IMG/VR virus record: IMGVR_UViG_3300049442_000069
Strand: one strand, 5' to 3'
Length of the DNA: 54,201 nt
Source: a virus
Below the pieces are notes generated by a model. The model worked only from the letters and a program-made list of their open reading frames with translations, made no database searches and was not told the DNA's origin. The position numbers were made by a program, and so were the translations under genes. Of this stretch, positions 25,111-33,545 are shown piece by piece (position 1 is the stretch's first letter; the number at the start of each line of letters is the position of its first letter).

Positions 25111-27773
25111 TCGGATGCAGGTTTCTTATTGGCCTGCCTTGCTGCTGCGTCTGCCTTCTTTGCGGCGAGTCGCGCGGCGTGCGCGGCCTTGCGCTCCGCC
25201 AGCGACATTCCATGGTGAGCCTTGGTGCGCTCGACTGCCATTCCCTGACCGGCCTTGGCCCGTTCAAGATCCAGTTTCTGCTGAGTAGTGGCTTGCGCCA
25301 GAGACATTCCGTGAGCTGTTTCCTGGTCCTGGAGTTCCATGGCGGCCTGCGCCTTCGCTGCTTCACCGGCTGTCTTCTGAGTGTCGCGCTGCATGCCGAA
25401 AGCTGTTTTCTTGTCGGCCATTTGCTCATTGAAATCCTGCTTACGAACCTTCAGGCCGTGGTCCAGGTTCATCTTCTGGGATTTGACGGCAAGGTCGCCG
25501 TGGACCTTTGCCATTTTGGGAATAAGGTCGGATGCCATTCCCATCGCCGCTTCATCGCCCACTGGCGCGGCACCGTTGCCGTTTTGTCCCTGCGCTCCCA
25601 TGGCTTCCTGGACCTGCTGCTGTAGCTGGTCTGTTTTCTTGCCGAGATCATCAAGCTTCTTCTGCTTGTCCTTGACTTCATTCTTCCTGGTCGGATCTCC
25701 CTGAAGAAGCAGTAAATGCTGCGCCATGTGCGGCCCAACTTGATGAAGGTGCATGAGGAGATCCGCCTGCTTTTGTAGATCCTGCGGCTGCATTTGTTCT
25801 GGCTGTGGCTGAACCGGACCTGGAGCAACCTGCGGCAGAGGAGCCTGCGGAGGAGCCTGTCCGTTCTGAACGGCATTGGAACTGATCTCCATGTAGTGCT
25901 GCAAGGCGTCCTGGTAATGGGTGTCAAAATGAATGGACTGGTTTTGGGAAGGCTCGACCATCGCCTTGCCGCCGGGCTGACGCAGCGCGTTGTTTTCCAG
26001 GACCGCCATGGACATGTTCGCGTTGGGAACGCCCTGCTTCTCGATCGGAGGGAAGAAGGAATCCACCGAATGCATTCCAACCCCGGGCAAAGCCGCTGCA
26101 CGGGCGCGAAGGGCGTGGTTCCTGGAAACCTCATCCATGTAAGGAATCATGGCGACCAGCTCGCGCGTAGTCGTGTCGCGCACCACCGGGGAACCGAACC
26201 CGATTGAGCGCGTGGCCAGGACTCGCTTCACGTTTTTGAAAGTCAGAACCTCAGGAGGAATTCCCCTCGCCAGGCATCGAGCCTTGAATTCCATCGCCTC
26301 CTGTCCCCCGGGGATAGCCGCGCTCTGGGCCGGATCGAGTAACCTCCGGACAGTTTCGCGGTGCCATTTGTCGAGGTTGTTGTAGTAGCGATTGGTTGAC
26401 CCCGTGGTTAGCATTCCCTGCTGCTGCTGCACAAGCTGGGCCTGCCCGAGAGTTGGCTCCGGCCTTCCTTCATCGGTTCGCTGACGGTAGCTGCCGGTGT
26501 TGGCTTGCAGAGTTCCATGCAGTTCCCGGCGCATCGCCATCGCACCATCCAACGCCTCCGCAATCCGTGTCTGGACTACCTTGTAGCCCGGACTAACAAC
26601 GGCAGCACCACCAACAAGAGCGATCTGAGTTTCTTCGATGGAGTTGGCGTCCTGCGCTTCCAGCGTGATGCCGGAACCAATGACCGCGCCATCGAGCATC
26701 TGGCAGAAAGTGCGGTTACTGATGTCGCAAAAATCGTAGATCTTCGGCCCCAGCCCTTTGATAGCATGCCAGGTTCCATCAGGACCGGAGTCGAAGAAGA
26801 ACGGGCAAAACACCTGGGAAAAATTGTCGAACTTCCGACGCCGCTTGAACAGGTAGCCGGTTTCCTCGGAAGTGTTTTCATAGGCCTCATTCATGTGACC
26901 CATGTTCTGGTCGGTCACCATGTAGTGCGATACCTTGCCTCCGAATTCCTTAACGAATAGAGAAGCCACGAAAATGCGATCAGAACGATGAATCCCGTGG
27001 AATAAATCACCAGTGCGTATCGCCCTTTGGTAGAGATCATAGTTTTCAGCTCCGAATGTTTGGCGCATCTCGCGCATTGAACTGTCGATGATGGCCTGCT
27101 GGCAAAGAGGAATGTTCCAGCCTTCTCCAGCCGGATCGTAGGTTCCACCGCGCGACATAAACTGCTCCAGCTCGTCGGCGCGGTAGGAGTGCAGGACCGC
27201 GCACATTTCCAACTGCGAGATGTTGGCCCTGGTCTCCATCGGCACCAGGATCTTGCGGCACTTGACCGCTTCTGAATGCCAGCCGATGAAATGCGGCCAG
27301 AACATGGGGCCAACTCCGTTGACCACCATCTGCCACTGCTGAAGCTGAATTTCGTGATCGAAACCATCCCAGCCGTTGAGAGTGTCGGTGTATTCCTCGG
27401 TGGCGATGTCGTCCCACTGGTCAACGATGTGCGGCTCCGCGCCCTGCACGCCGAAGTTGATCTGCGCGAAGAAGGGAACCTCAAAAACCAGATCGTAGTA
27501 GGGTGTCTTGGCGGCTTCGACGATGCCTTCGCTTTCCCGCAGGTTGAAGTTGGCCCGGTGTCCCTGGCCTATGTCAACCAGCTTCTGGTGAACCCAGGGC
27601 GGGTTACCATCCATGAGACCCTGGATCTTGGTGTAACGATACATCCGCGTCTCGTCCTCATACTTGAGACGCTGGACTAACGAGCGAGCGTTGCTGGCGT
27701 TACCTATTCGGGAAGATGGCCGTTCTGTTGTCTCGGGATCGAGAGAGGCCAGTCCCTGGTAAATATCCAGCAT
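25107..27773 (-). CDS. Portal protein candidate with a long helical C-terminal extension
   Basis: Track ORF of 888 aa. It is the largest head-module protein and lies downstream of terL and upstream of the scaffold-like and capsid-like genes. The C-terminal ~250 aa are K/A/Q-rich with a repeated GM motif. Confidence 0.6.
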   Translation of the reverse strand: MLDIYQGLASLDPETTERPSSRIGNASNARSLVQRLKYEDETRMYRYTKIQGLMDGNPPWVHQKLVDIGQGHRANFNLRESEGIVEAAKTPYYDLVFEVPFFAQINFGVQGAEPHIVDQWDDIATEEYTDTLNGWDGFDHEIQLQQWQMVVNGVGPMFWPHFIGWHSEAVKCRKILVPMETRANISQLEMCAVLHSYRADELEQFMSRGGTYDPAGEGWNIPLCQQAIIDSSMREMRQTFGAENYDLYQRAIRTGDLFHGIHRSDRIFVASLFVKEFGGKVSHYMVTDQNMGHMNEAYENTSEETGYLFKRRRKFDNFSQVFCPFFFDSGPDGTWHAIKGLGPKIYDFCDISNRTFCQMLDGAVIGSGITLEAQDANSIEETQIALVGGAAVVSPGYKVVQTRIAEALDGAMAMRRELHGTLQANTGSYRQRTDEGRPEPTLGQAQLVQQQQGMLTTGSTNRYYNNLDKWHRETVRRLLDPAQSAAIPGGQEAMEFKARCLARGIPPEVLTFKNVKRVLATRSIGFGSPVVRDTTTRELVAMIPYMDEVSRNHALRARAAALPGVGMHSVDSFFPPIEKQGVPNANMSMAVLENNALRQPGGKAMVEPSQNQSIHFDTHYQDALQHYMEISSNAVQNGQAPPQAPLPQVAPGPVQPQPEQMQPQDLQKQADLLMHLHQVGPHMAQHLLLLQGDPTRKNEVKDKQKKLDDLGKKTDQLQQQVQEAMGAQGQNGNGAAPVGDEAAMGMASDLIPKMAKVHGDLAVKSQKMNLDHGLKVRKQDFNEQMADKKTAFGMQRDTQKTAGEAAKAQAAMELQDQETAHGMSLAQATTQQKLDLERAKAGQGMAVERTKAHHGMSLAERKAAHAARLAAKKADAAARQANKKPASE

Positions 27774-27776
27774 GTG

Positions 27777-27977
27777 TTAGTCCTTGAAATTCTCGATGCG
27801 TTCTCCCAGGACCATTGAGTATTGCACCATAATTTTTTGCTGCCTGCTCATGCGCTCCCATTCGTCGGGAGGAACTATCTGCACGGAGTTGTCATCATCG
27901 AGAAAGGCGGATAGCGCGGCGGTCTTCCTGTCGAGTTCCTTCTTCTCATCGACCACGCGCTGCTGGTAATCTTTCAT
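27777..27977 (-). CDS. Hypothetical small helical protein
   Basis: Track ORF of 66 aa (MKDYQQRVVDEKKELDRKTAALSAFL...). Confidence 0.55.
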   Translation of the reverse strand: MKDYQQRVVDEKKELDRKTAALSAFLDDDNSVQIVPPDEWERMSRQQKIMVQYSMVLGERIENFKD

Positions 27978-28246
27978 AGTTTCAGGTTGTCAGCGGTTGG
28001 TTCAACAACAGGAGAGGAAGGATCGTAGCTGTGAGGATAGGGATTAGGGGTTCCCAGTCGCTTCAAATCCATGCCCATCCACATGATTGCCTCCTGCACC
28101 TTTGTTATGGCCAGTGCGCGTTCGCGGCTGCCGGGAAGCCGCTTCATTCCCTGAAGAATGCTGTCCAGTCCGTGCCGGACAATTTTATCCTCCTTGATTT
28201 CATCGAAGGGCATGTCGGTGTCCGGGTGTGTTGCTTCGTCGCTCAT
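27974..28246 (-). CDS. Hypothetical small helical protein
   Basis: Track ORF of 90 aa with an ATGA overlap. Motif GSRERALAITKVQEAIMWMG. Confidence 0.55.
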   Translation of the reverse strand: MSDEATHPDTDMPFDEIKEDKIVRHGLDSILQGMKRLPGSRERALAITKVQEAIMWMGMDLKRLGTPNPYPHSYDPSSPVVEPTADNLKL

Positions 28247-28248
28247 AA

Positions 28249-28494
28249 TTAGAATCCGTTGGGTGTGATGATCCTGCTTGGTTCGCCCGAGGAGCGTTCA
28301 TGCTCCAGGGGAAATTGTTTTCGCTTCTGCATCTCCTCGTTAATCACGTTGCGAAGGCGGGAAGTGATCTGCTCGATGGAGTTGCCCCGGATACCTTTCA
28401 TGCGCTGGTTTTGAAGATCCAGGACAGAGGCGGCGTAGCCGCGCTCGGGATCGAATCCAACGTCAACGCGGAACAGAAGAATAGGGTGAGCCAT
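28249..28494 (-). CDS. Hypothetical small protein
   Basis: Track ORF of 81 aa. Confidence 0.5.
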   Translation of the reverse strand: MAHPILLFRVDVGFDPERGYAASVLDLQNQRMKGIRGNSIEQITSRLRNVINEEMQKRKQFPLEHERSSGEPSRIITPNGF

Positions 28495-28503
28495 CGGGAA
28501 CCT

Positions 28504-29160
28504 TCAGGCTTTTTCCTCCTTTACCCCGGGCTTGTCAAGAGGAAGAAAATTCTCTCCGTCTTTTTTGAGCCAGCAAAAGTCGGGATACATATCTTGATGA
28601 GCGTCGGAATCGCTGCTAAGAGTTGCCATCGGAAAATGAACCTTCGCCTTGAGGAAACACTTGCAGACAGCGCAGGAACGGAGGGCAAAGTCGTAGCGAG
28701 ACTTCTTATCCCCGATCACTTCCTTAACAGCCTGGGCGCAGCCAGCGCACCCCTGAACGTCAACATTCAGATAACACTTTGCACAGATGCTGGCCCTCCT
28801 GTCAGCCTCGGCCTGCGTCACATATTTCATCCCGGAAGCTATCCAGCGAGCGAACGTCTTGAGTCCGGCGGTGACGTCGCTGAAGTAAACGATCGGTGAT
28901 GGACGCCTCCGGTTTGGATCGTCGTAAAGGCACCAGCCCGGAGGAAGCGTTTTGCAGATCTGTTCCTGCATGTCAGCTTCAAGCGTGGCAGGAATTTCTC
29001 GATTATTTGCGTAAAGGTGACGTCTCTCAACGTCTAGCCAGTCGGTGTAAGTCCAGGCGTGAGCTACAAAGCCGGATACGGGATCGACATAGCGGTAGCC
29101 CTCGGGAGGGCAGTCGCCCATCGTGTTAATAAGGCACAGACGAGTATTCGGGGCTGACAT
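28504..29160 (-). CDS. Cys-rich (zinc-ribbon-like) protein
   Basis: Track ORF of 218 aa. Cysteine clusters ICAKCYLNVDVQGCAGC and SCAVCKCFLKAK. Overlaps the terL 3' end by 35 nt. An alternative ATG is at 29121. Confidence 0.55.
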   Translation of the reverse strand: MSAPNTRLCLINTMGDCPPEGYRYVDPVSGFVAHAWTYTDWLDVERRHLYANNREIPATLEADMQEQICKTLPPGWCLYDDPNRRRPSPIVYFSDVTAGLKTFARWIASGMKYVTQAEADRRASICAKCYLNVDVQGCAGCAQAVKEVIGDKKSRYDFALRSCAVCKCFLKAKVHFPMATLSSDSDAHQDMYPDFCWLKKDGENFLPLDKPGVKEEKA

Positions 29161-30793
29161 TGCGTTTTTTGAGGAAGCGTTTCCATGGGGAATCGGGCCG
29201 ATCCTCGCTGGTGGAAATATCGTTGGGTGAAAGATGGCACCGCGCGGCTGCCACCTGCGCCGTCACCACATCGGCATCGGCCAGGTCCGGGGAATGGCGT
29301 GTCCGGTCTTTCATCTTGGCCTTGGTCTCCAGGGAAATGTAATTGCCGCGCATGGTCCACCAGCGGCGGCAGAACTCCATGGCACTTTCAGGATCGAGAC
29401 CCCGGATTTGCTCGTTGAGGAGGATCAGCCGGAAGAAGAACCACAGCTCGGTGACTCGGCGGTCATATTCTTCATCCGCTCTTTTAGGGTTCGTGTTAGA
29501 GACAGGATTGCGGGATGGTCTGCCGCCAAATTCAACGCATAAAATTTCTCGACTCCATTCTCGTTGAAAGATACTAGCAAGTCCACCTCCTTCCCCGGTT
29601 GAATCAAGACCGAAATAGTAAGGTGTAACTCCTTCATTCTTGCATGCCTCCTTTACCTGCCGCACAATCTGGTAATGCGCTGGATCGTCAGGTTTGACCT
29701 TGGTCTTGACGAATACCTTGCGTTCAAGCCGGAGCGTCATCTTGCCCGATACCTTGCCGCATTTCCCAAAGCGAAGGACGCACCGGTCATCTCCTTCAAA
29801 GGCCGGGTCAAGACCCGCGACGGGGATTACCTCCTGGTCGAAGGAACAGTCCGAAAAGGCGTCGGAACGAACGATCATGGGCATGGTTAGGACAGTCTTA
29901 ACAACGCCTTCCGGTGCCCAGTAACCGCGCCTCATCTGCCAGAATTGCGGCGAATCGACGCCATAAACAGCCGCAGTGGTGTCAATGTCGGCCTGAGTCA
30001 GCAATCCCGGGTAATTTGCCGCCTTATTGGTGATATTCGGGCTTTTCAGGCCGTCCAGGTGGATGCAGACGCCTCTTTTGGTCTTCCAGGAGCTGGATTC
30101 GACATCCACGCTGTCCCAGCCGTTAATTGGCTCCGACATGCGCCCGTGCGGGTCAAGCATGTCGTCTGCGTTGCCTAATCCGATGAACTGGAAGGATTTT
30201 GCTCCTGTTTCAAGGTTGACGCAGGCTTCCACGATGGCTTCAGGCGTGTAAGGCATTTCATCAACGATGACCACCATGTTTGGAGCGTGGAACCCGATGA
30301 TTTTCCCGATTGCCTTGTCAATTTCACCTTTATCGGTGGCAAGTCCGAAGATTCCCGCATCATCGTGGCCTTTGCGGTATTGAATGCAGTTTCTAGACTG
30401 GACCATGTGACCAAATAAGGGTCGAAGTCGATGGAAATGACTGATCTCCTTCCAGACTCGTCGGCGGAGACCGTCCAGCGTGGTGGAGGTGACGATGACA
30501 ACGGTGTCCTTGGGCGAGGAATAGAATCTAGCCAGTCCAAAAAGGCCTGCGGAAGTCGTTTTCCAGGAGGCAGCGGGACCAGTGACGGTTGACCAGGGAT
30601 TTTCGGCAAAGGTTCGCTGCATCCAGTCCGACCAGTCGTTCCAGATGTAGGTGTTGGGGTGGTATTTGTTCCAGGTGAGATCAATGGCGTTCTTAAAATG
30701 CTGATATTTGCCCAGCCCAAGCGGAGGATCGTTGTGGAAACACCACAGCTCAATCGCCGCCTGGTCTTGAGTCGGAAAGTTCAGGCCATACAT
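29126..30793 (-). CDS. terL: Terminase large subunit
   Basis: Track ORF of 555 aa. P-loop-like TGPAASWKTTS, Walker-B-like MVVIVDEMPY, an acidic C-terminal nuclease-like half, and position next to the terS candidate. Confidence 0.7.
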   Translation of the reverse strand: MYGLNFPTQDQAAIELWCFHNDPPLGLGKYQHFKNAIDLTWNKYHPNTYIWNDWSDWMQRTFAENPWSTVTGPAASWKTTSAGLFGLARFYSSPKDTVVIVTSTTLDGLRRRVWKEISHFHRLRPLFGHMVQSRNCIQYRKGHDDAGIFGLATDKGEIDKAIGKIIGFHAPNMVVIVDEMPYTPEAIVEACVNLETGAKSFQFIGLGNADDMLDPHGRMSEPINGWDSVDVESSSWKTKRGVCIHLDGLKSPNITNKAANYPGLLTQADIDTTAAVYGVDSPQFWQMRRGYWAPEGVVKTVLTMPMIVRSDAFSDCSFDQEVIPVAGLDPAFEGDDRCVLRFGKCGKVSGKMTLRLERKVFVKTKVKPDDPAHYQIVRQVKEACKNEGVTPYYFGLDSTGEGGGLASIFQREWSREILCVEFGGRPSRNPVSNTNPKRADEEYDRRVTELWFFFRLILLNEQIRGLDPESAMEFCRRWWTMRGNYISLETKAKMKDRTRHSPDLADADVVTAQVAAARCHLSPNDISTSEDRPDSPWKRFLKKRNVSPEYSSVPY

Positions 30794-31259
30794 CGTTTGG
30801 GACTTCTTTGGCGCGTGCAGCTACTTCCTCGGCATTGACTGTCACCTTAGCCGCTCCGATCAGGATTTCACCTTCAATCAGGCCGCCATCATCCTCTCGC
30901 GGGAAGATAATCTGATGAATTCCAGCAACATCACGCACTTTCCGGGCAACTTCCAGAGGATCTGTGCTGGCAGCAGCTTTCTTGGCCGCCTTGTCCACAT
31001 ACTTCGCCAGATTGAGCGTAGAATCGTTCCTGTGCCGCTCCAGTGACTCCCGAATGACATCGGCAGCATCCTTGCCAGCCAGAGGATGACCGCTCGGTGG
31101 AGCGAAACCAGTAGCCTTCTTCCACTTATACTTGAAACACATGGAACTCACTGTTCCGAAAGGAATCCCGGCTACTCTGGCTGCTTCCCTGGGACCATGC
31201 AGCGTCACCAATGCCTTCAATGCAGCTTTCTCCGGCTCCAGGTGAATCTTCTTACTCAC
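30750..31259 (-). CDS. terS: Terminase small subunit candidate (HTH-like N-terminus)
   Basis: Track ORF of 169 aa with a GTG start. AARVAGIPFGTVSSMCFKYKW looks HTH-like. It is the first gene of the late operon, directly upstream of terL. Start codon uncertain. Confidence 0.45.
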   Translation of the reverse strand: MSKKIHLEPEKAALKALVTLHGPREAARVAGIPFGTVSSMCFKYKWKKATGFAPPSGHPLAGKDAADVIRESLERHRNDSTLNLAKYVDKAAKKAAASTDPLEVARKVRDVAGIHQIIFPREDDGGLIEGEILIGAAKVTVNAEEVAARAKEVPNDVWPELSDSRPGGD

Positions 31260-31386
31260 TTCCCCGGTGTTGTAACGCGCGGGGATCTTAAATGCAAATA
31301 AGAATCCCTTCGGGTTTTTATCATATTGAGAATTTCTTACAGGTAACCGGGCTTTTGCACCTATGCATTTCTGTCTGGGTAACTAG

Positions 31387-31404
31387 CCCCCCCCTACCCC
31401 CCCC
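31387..31404. repeat. Twin homopolymer tracts C8-TA-C8 (G8-TA-G8 on the transcribed strand)
   Basis: Read directly (agCCCCCCCCTACCCCCCCCgg). Lies ~130-145 nt upstream of the terS start. Confidence 0.9.
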
Positions 31405-31530
31405 GGCGAAAAAGAAAAGAGATTCCTTGCCACGGGTAAGGGGCTGCCACCCTTCGACTTATGCATGCCCCTTGAAGCATGCTTGGCCCGTAAGTTACAC
31501 GCACCTCCGGGTATGGTTCGCGCGGAACAA

Positions 31531-31600
31531 GTGCGTTACGTTACAGACATGTGCGTTGCGTGCTTCAATGGTGCGTTACCATCACTGATGGTGCGCCTAT
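31531..31600 (+). repeat. Four GTGCG(T/C)(T/C) iterons at exact 20-bp phasing
   Basis: GTGCGTTACG at 31531, GTGCGTTGCG at 31551, GTGCGTTACC at 31571 and GTGCGCCTAT at 31591. Confidence 0.85.
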
Positions 31601-31634
31601 TACTCCGGGGTAATGCATTACTGTGATGCATTCC

Positions 31635-31777
31635 GGCCTCTGTCCCCGGTGATACATTCACGCAATGAATGCGCGTTGAATGCTCGGCCTTGCAATCCTG
31701 GCCTCTGATGCCAAGCAAAAAGCCGGGATGATTAGTCCCGGCCTCTGCTCTCCTGTTAATGTTTCGGCTCGGCCTCT
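31635..31777 (+). repeat. Four dispersed GGCCTCT repeats among short ATGCAT/GAATGC palindromes
   Basis: GGCCTCT at 31635, 31700, 31740 and 31771. Neighbouring palindromic ATGCAT/GCATGC and CATTCA/TGAATG pairs lie in 31460-31680. Confidence 0.75.
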
Positions 31778-31796
31778 CGACCTACACCGGATTATG

Positions 31797-32027
31797 TCAT
31801 TGTTTCACGCATGATTGCCAAGCTCCCTCTTTGGTGTGCGTGTGAATATACCACTGCTCCACTCCACATTTGCAGGTGTGCGCGGGTTTGTCGTTCACGC
31901 ATGAATCCTCATGGCTCCAGACATTGCCGCAAGCTGTGCATTTGTGCGAGTGTTCCCCGGTTCCGTCCATCTCGCGCAACAGTGCCACCAATGCCGCGAG
32001 CGGGTTTTGTTCTTTGGTCGTTCTCAA
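31797..32027 (-). CDS. Small zinc-ribbon-like protein
   Basis: Track ORF of 76 aa. Motifs HKCTACG and HTCKCG. ATGA-type overlap with the vWA gene. Confidence 0.55.
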   Translation of the reverse strand: MRTTKEQNPLAALVALLREMDGTGEHSHKCTACGNVWSHEDSCVNDKPAHTCKCGVEQWYIHTHTKEGAWQSCVKQ

Positions 32028-33544
32028 TTCTTCAACGGGCCTTTCCCCCCGAATGCTTCGTATGCTTCATCTAACGAGCGATAGACTTTCAAGTTTCCGT
32101 TGCGTGTCTCGCGTTCAACGATCGCCTTCGCCACATCTTCCGAACCCAAGACGCCACCGCAGAATTTCAAGTCGGAGACCAGAACCCACGGTTTCGGGAA
32201 ACGCATCATCCAACGAATGGCGGGTAAATCTACGGCGTTTCCACCGTGCAACGTCCCCTCCGGCAGTTCGTCGGCAAAGCGCATTCCCTTATTGGCGTAA
32301 ACGCAAAGTTCCCCTTTGCCGTATCCACTCCCGGAGTAGTAGGCAACGACAGCTTGCGGAACAAGCTTGCAAAGCGCAGACAAGTTCTCCCGGCTTGCGC
32401 CCATGCTCCCGGATGCGTCAATGAGAACGCAACCCCCCGGCTTTTGTCTGACTCGTTTGCTAAACAGTCCGTTTGCATCGCCTGACACAATCGCGGCGAC
32501 GTAGCGCGACGGGTTTATGATTACACCGTTGGGCGTCTTTCGCATGCTGATTGACTTTTCCTTGGCGCAATAAACGCTTTTCGGTTTCAAGTCGGTAATC
32601 TGCATGTGTCCATCAAGTGCGTCTCCGTCCTGCTCCGGCAACAGAATATCTCCGTCACCCTTCGGGCCTTCTTCGCCTTCTTCGATTTCCGGGTTGGGTT
32701 CCGATTCCATTAACGCCAGCAACATCGAAATTGCCTTTGCCCGTTTGCGGCGGCTGATTGCCATTGTCGCAATTCTGGAAACAGCATTTAGCATCCTGTG
32801 TCCGATTGCGTCCCGGATCTTTTTTAGTCCCCGGTCTTTAACGTGCATTCCGGCATAGTCCCCGTTGTTGAAGTCCGGTTGTCCGTAGTGCTTCAACATG
32901 GCAATCGTTCTGACTGAATGGATTAACTGTCCGTTGCGAAGCGGCACGGCGTCCGGGATGATTCCGGCCTTAACTTTTCGGGCCGTGTTCTTAATGACGC
33001 GAACCCCTTTCATTGCCGTTGTTAGGTGCGCTCGCTTGTAAGGTTTGAGCAGTCCCGGCGATACTTGCGGAAGGTCGGTTGATTCAATGTTTACATCATC
33101 AACGACTTGGCCAATTAAGGCCTCCAATTCCGAAACGGGTTTTTTCCGTGTCGGAGTGTGCCGTGTTGCGTGTCGGGTTTCGTGTCCCCGGATTGTGATT
33201 CCTTCGGCTGAATCGTCCAAAGGTGCGCCAAGCTTTACAACGTCCCGGCGGTTTTTCTGATCGTATTCGGTGAAGCCACCAATCGGAGAACCCGCAAGCT
33301 GTGCGCGTTCCGCCAAGATGATTTTGGCCTTCCTTAGCTTGCCACCGGGAACACTGCCCCGGATTGCAGCGCGAACCGTTTTACGGCTCGGCTTTGCTCG
33401 CTTCGGCAGCATCGCCCCGACAGCTTTGGCGATTTGCTCAACCCCGGCCTTGCCCGGAGCGATTGGTATCGCCCCGGCAATTTCGGCGGCGGTTAAACCC
33501 GCGCCCGTTCCTATTCGTGGGATTCCTCCCGGCCCAATTACCAT
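32024..33544 (-). CDS. vWA-domain protein with an N-terminal HExxH motif (metallopeptidase-like + vWA, MoxR partner type)
   Basis: Track ORF of 506 aa. GHETRHATRH (HExxH at aa 121-125) and the MIDAS-type CVLIDASGSMG (DxSxS at aa 376-380). Confidence 0.65.
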   Translation of the reverse strand: MVIGPGGIPRIGTGAGLTAAEIAGAIPIAPGKAGVEQIAKAVGAMLPKRAKPSRKTVRAAIRGSVPGGKLRKAKIILAERAQLAGSPIGGFTEYDQKNRRDVVKLGAPLDDSAEGITIRGHETRHATRHTPTRKKPVSELEALIGQVVDDVNIESTDLPQVSPGLLKPYKRAHLTTAMKGVRVIKNTARKVKAGIIPDAVPLRNGQLIHSVRTIAMLKHYGQPDFNNGDYAGMHVKDRGLKKIRDAIGHRMLNAVSRIATMAISRRKRAKAISMLLALMESEPNPEIEEGEEGPKGDGDILLPEQDGDALDGHMQITDLKPKSVYCAKEKSISMRKTPNGVIINPSRYVAAIVSGDANGLFSKRVRQKPGGCVLIDASGSMGASRENLSALCKLVPQAVVAYYSGSGYGKGELCVYANKGMRFADELPEGTLHGGNAVDLPAIRWMMRFPKPWVLVSDLKFCGGVLGSEDVAKAIVERETRNGNLKVYRSLDEAYEAFGGKGPLKN

Positions 33545-33545
33545 A

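Noticed and set aside
27974-28246. The 90-aa helical protein (motif SRERALAITKVQEAIMW) as a member of a known cyclic-nucleotide sponge family (Acb2-like).
   Set aside because: I cannot recall a reliable family signature to support this, and no search is possible. It is left as hypothetical.
31400-31530. Possible tRNA in the terS-upstream gap (GGTTCGCG resembles a T-loop).
   Set aside because: I could not build an acceptor stem or cloverleaf around it on either strand. I found no tRNA-like structure in any other intergenic region either.
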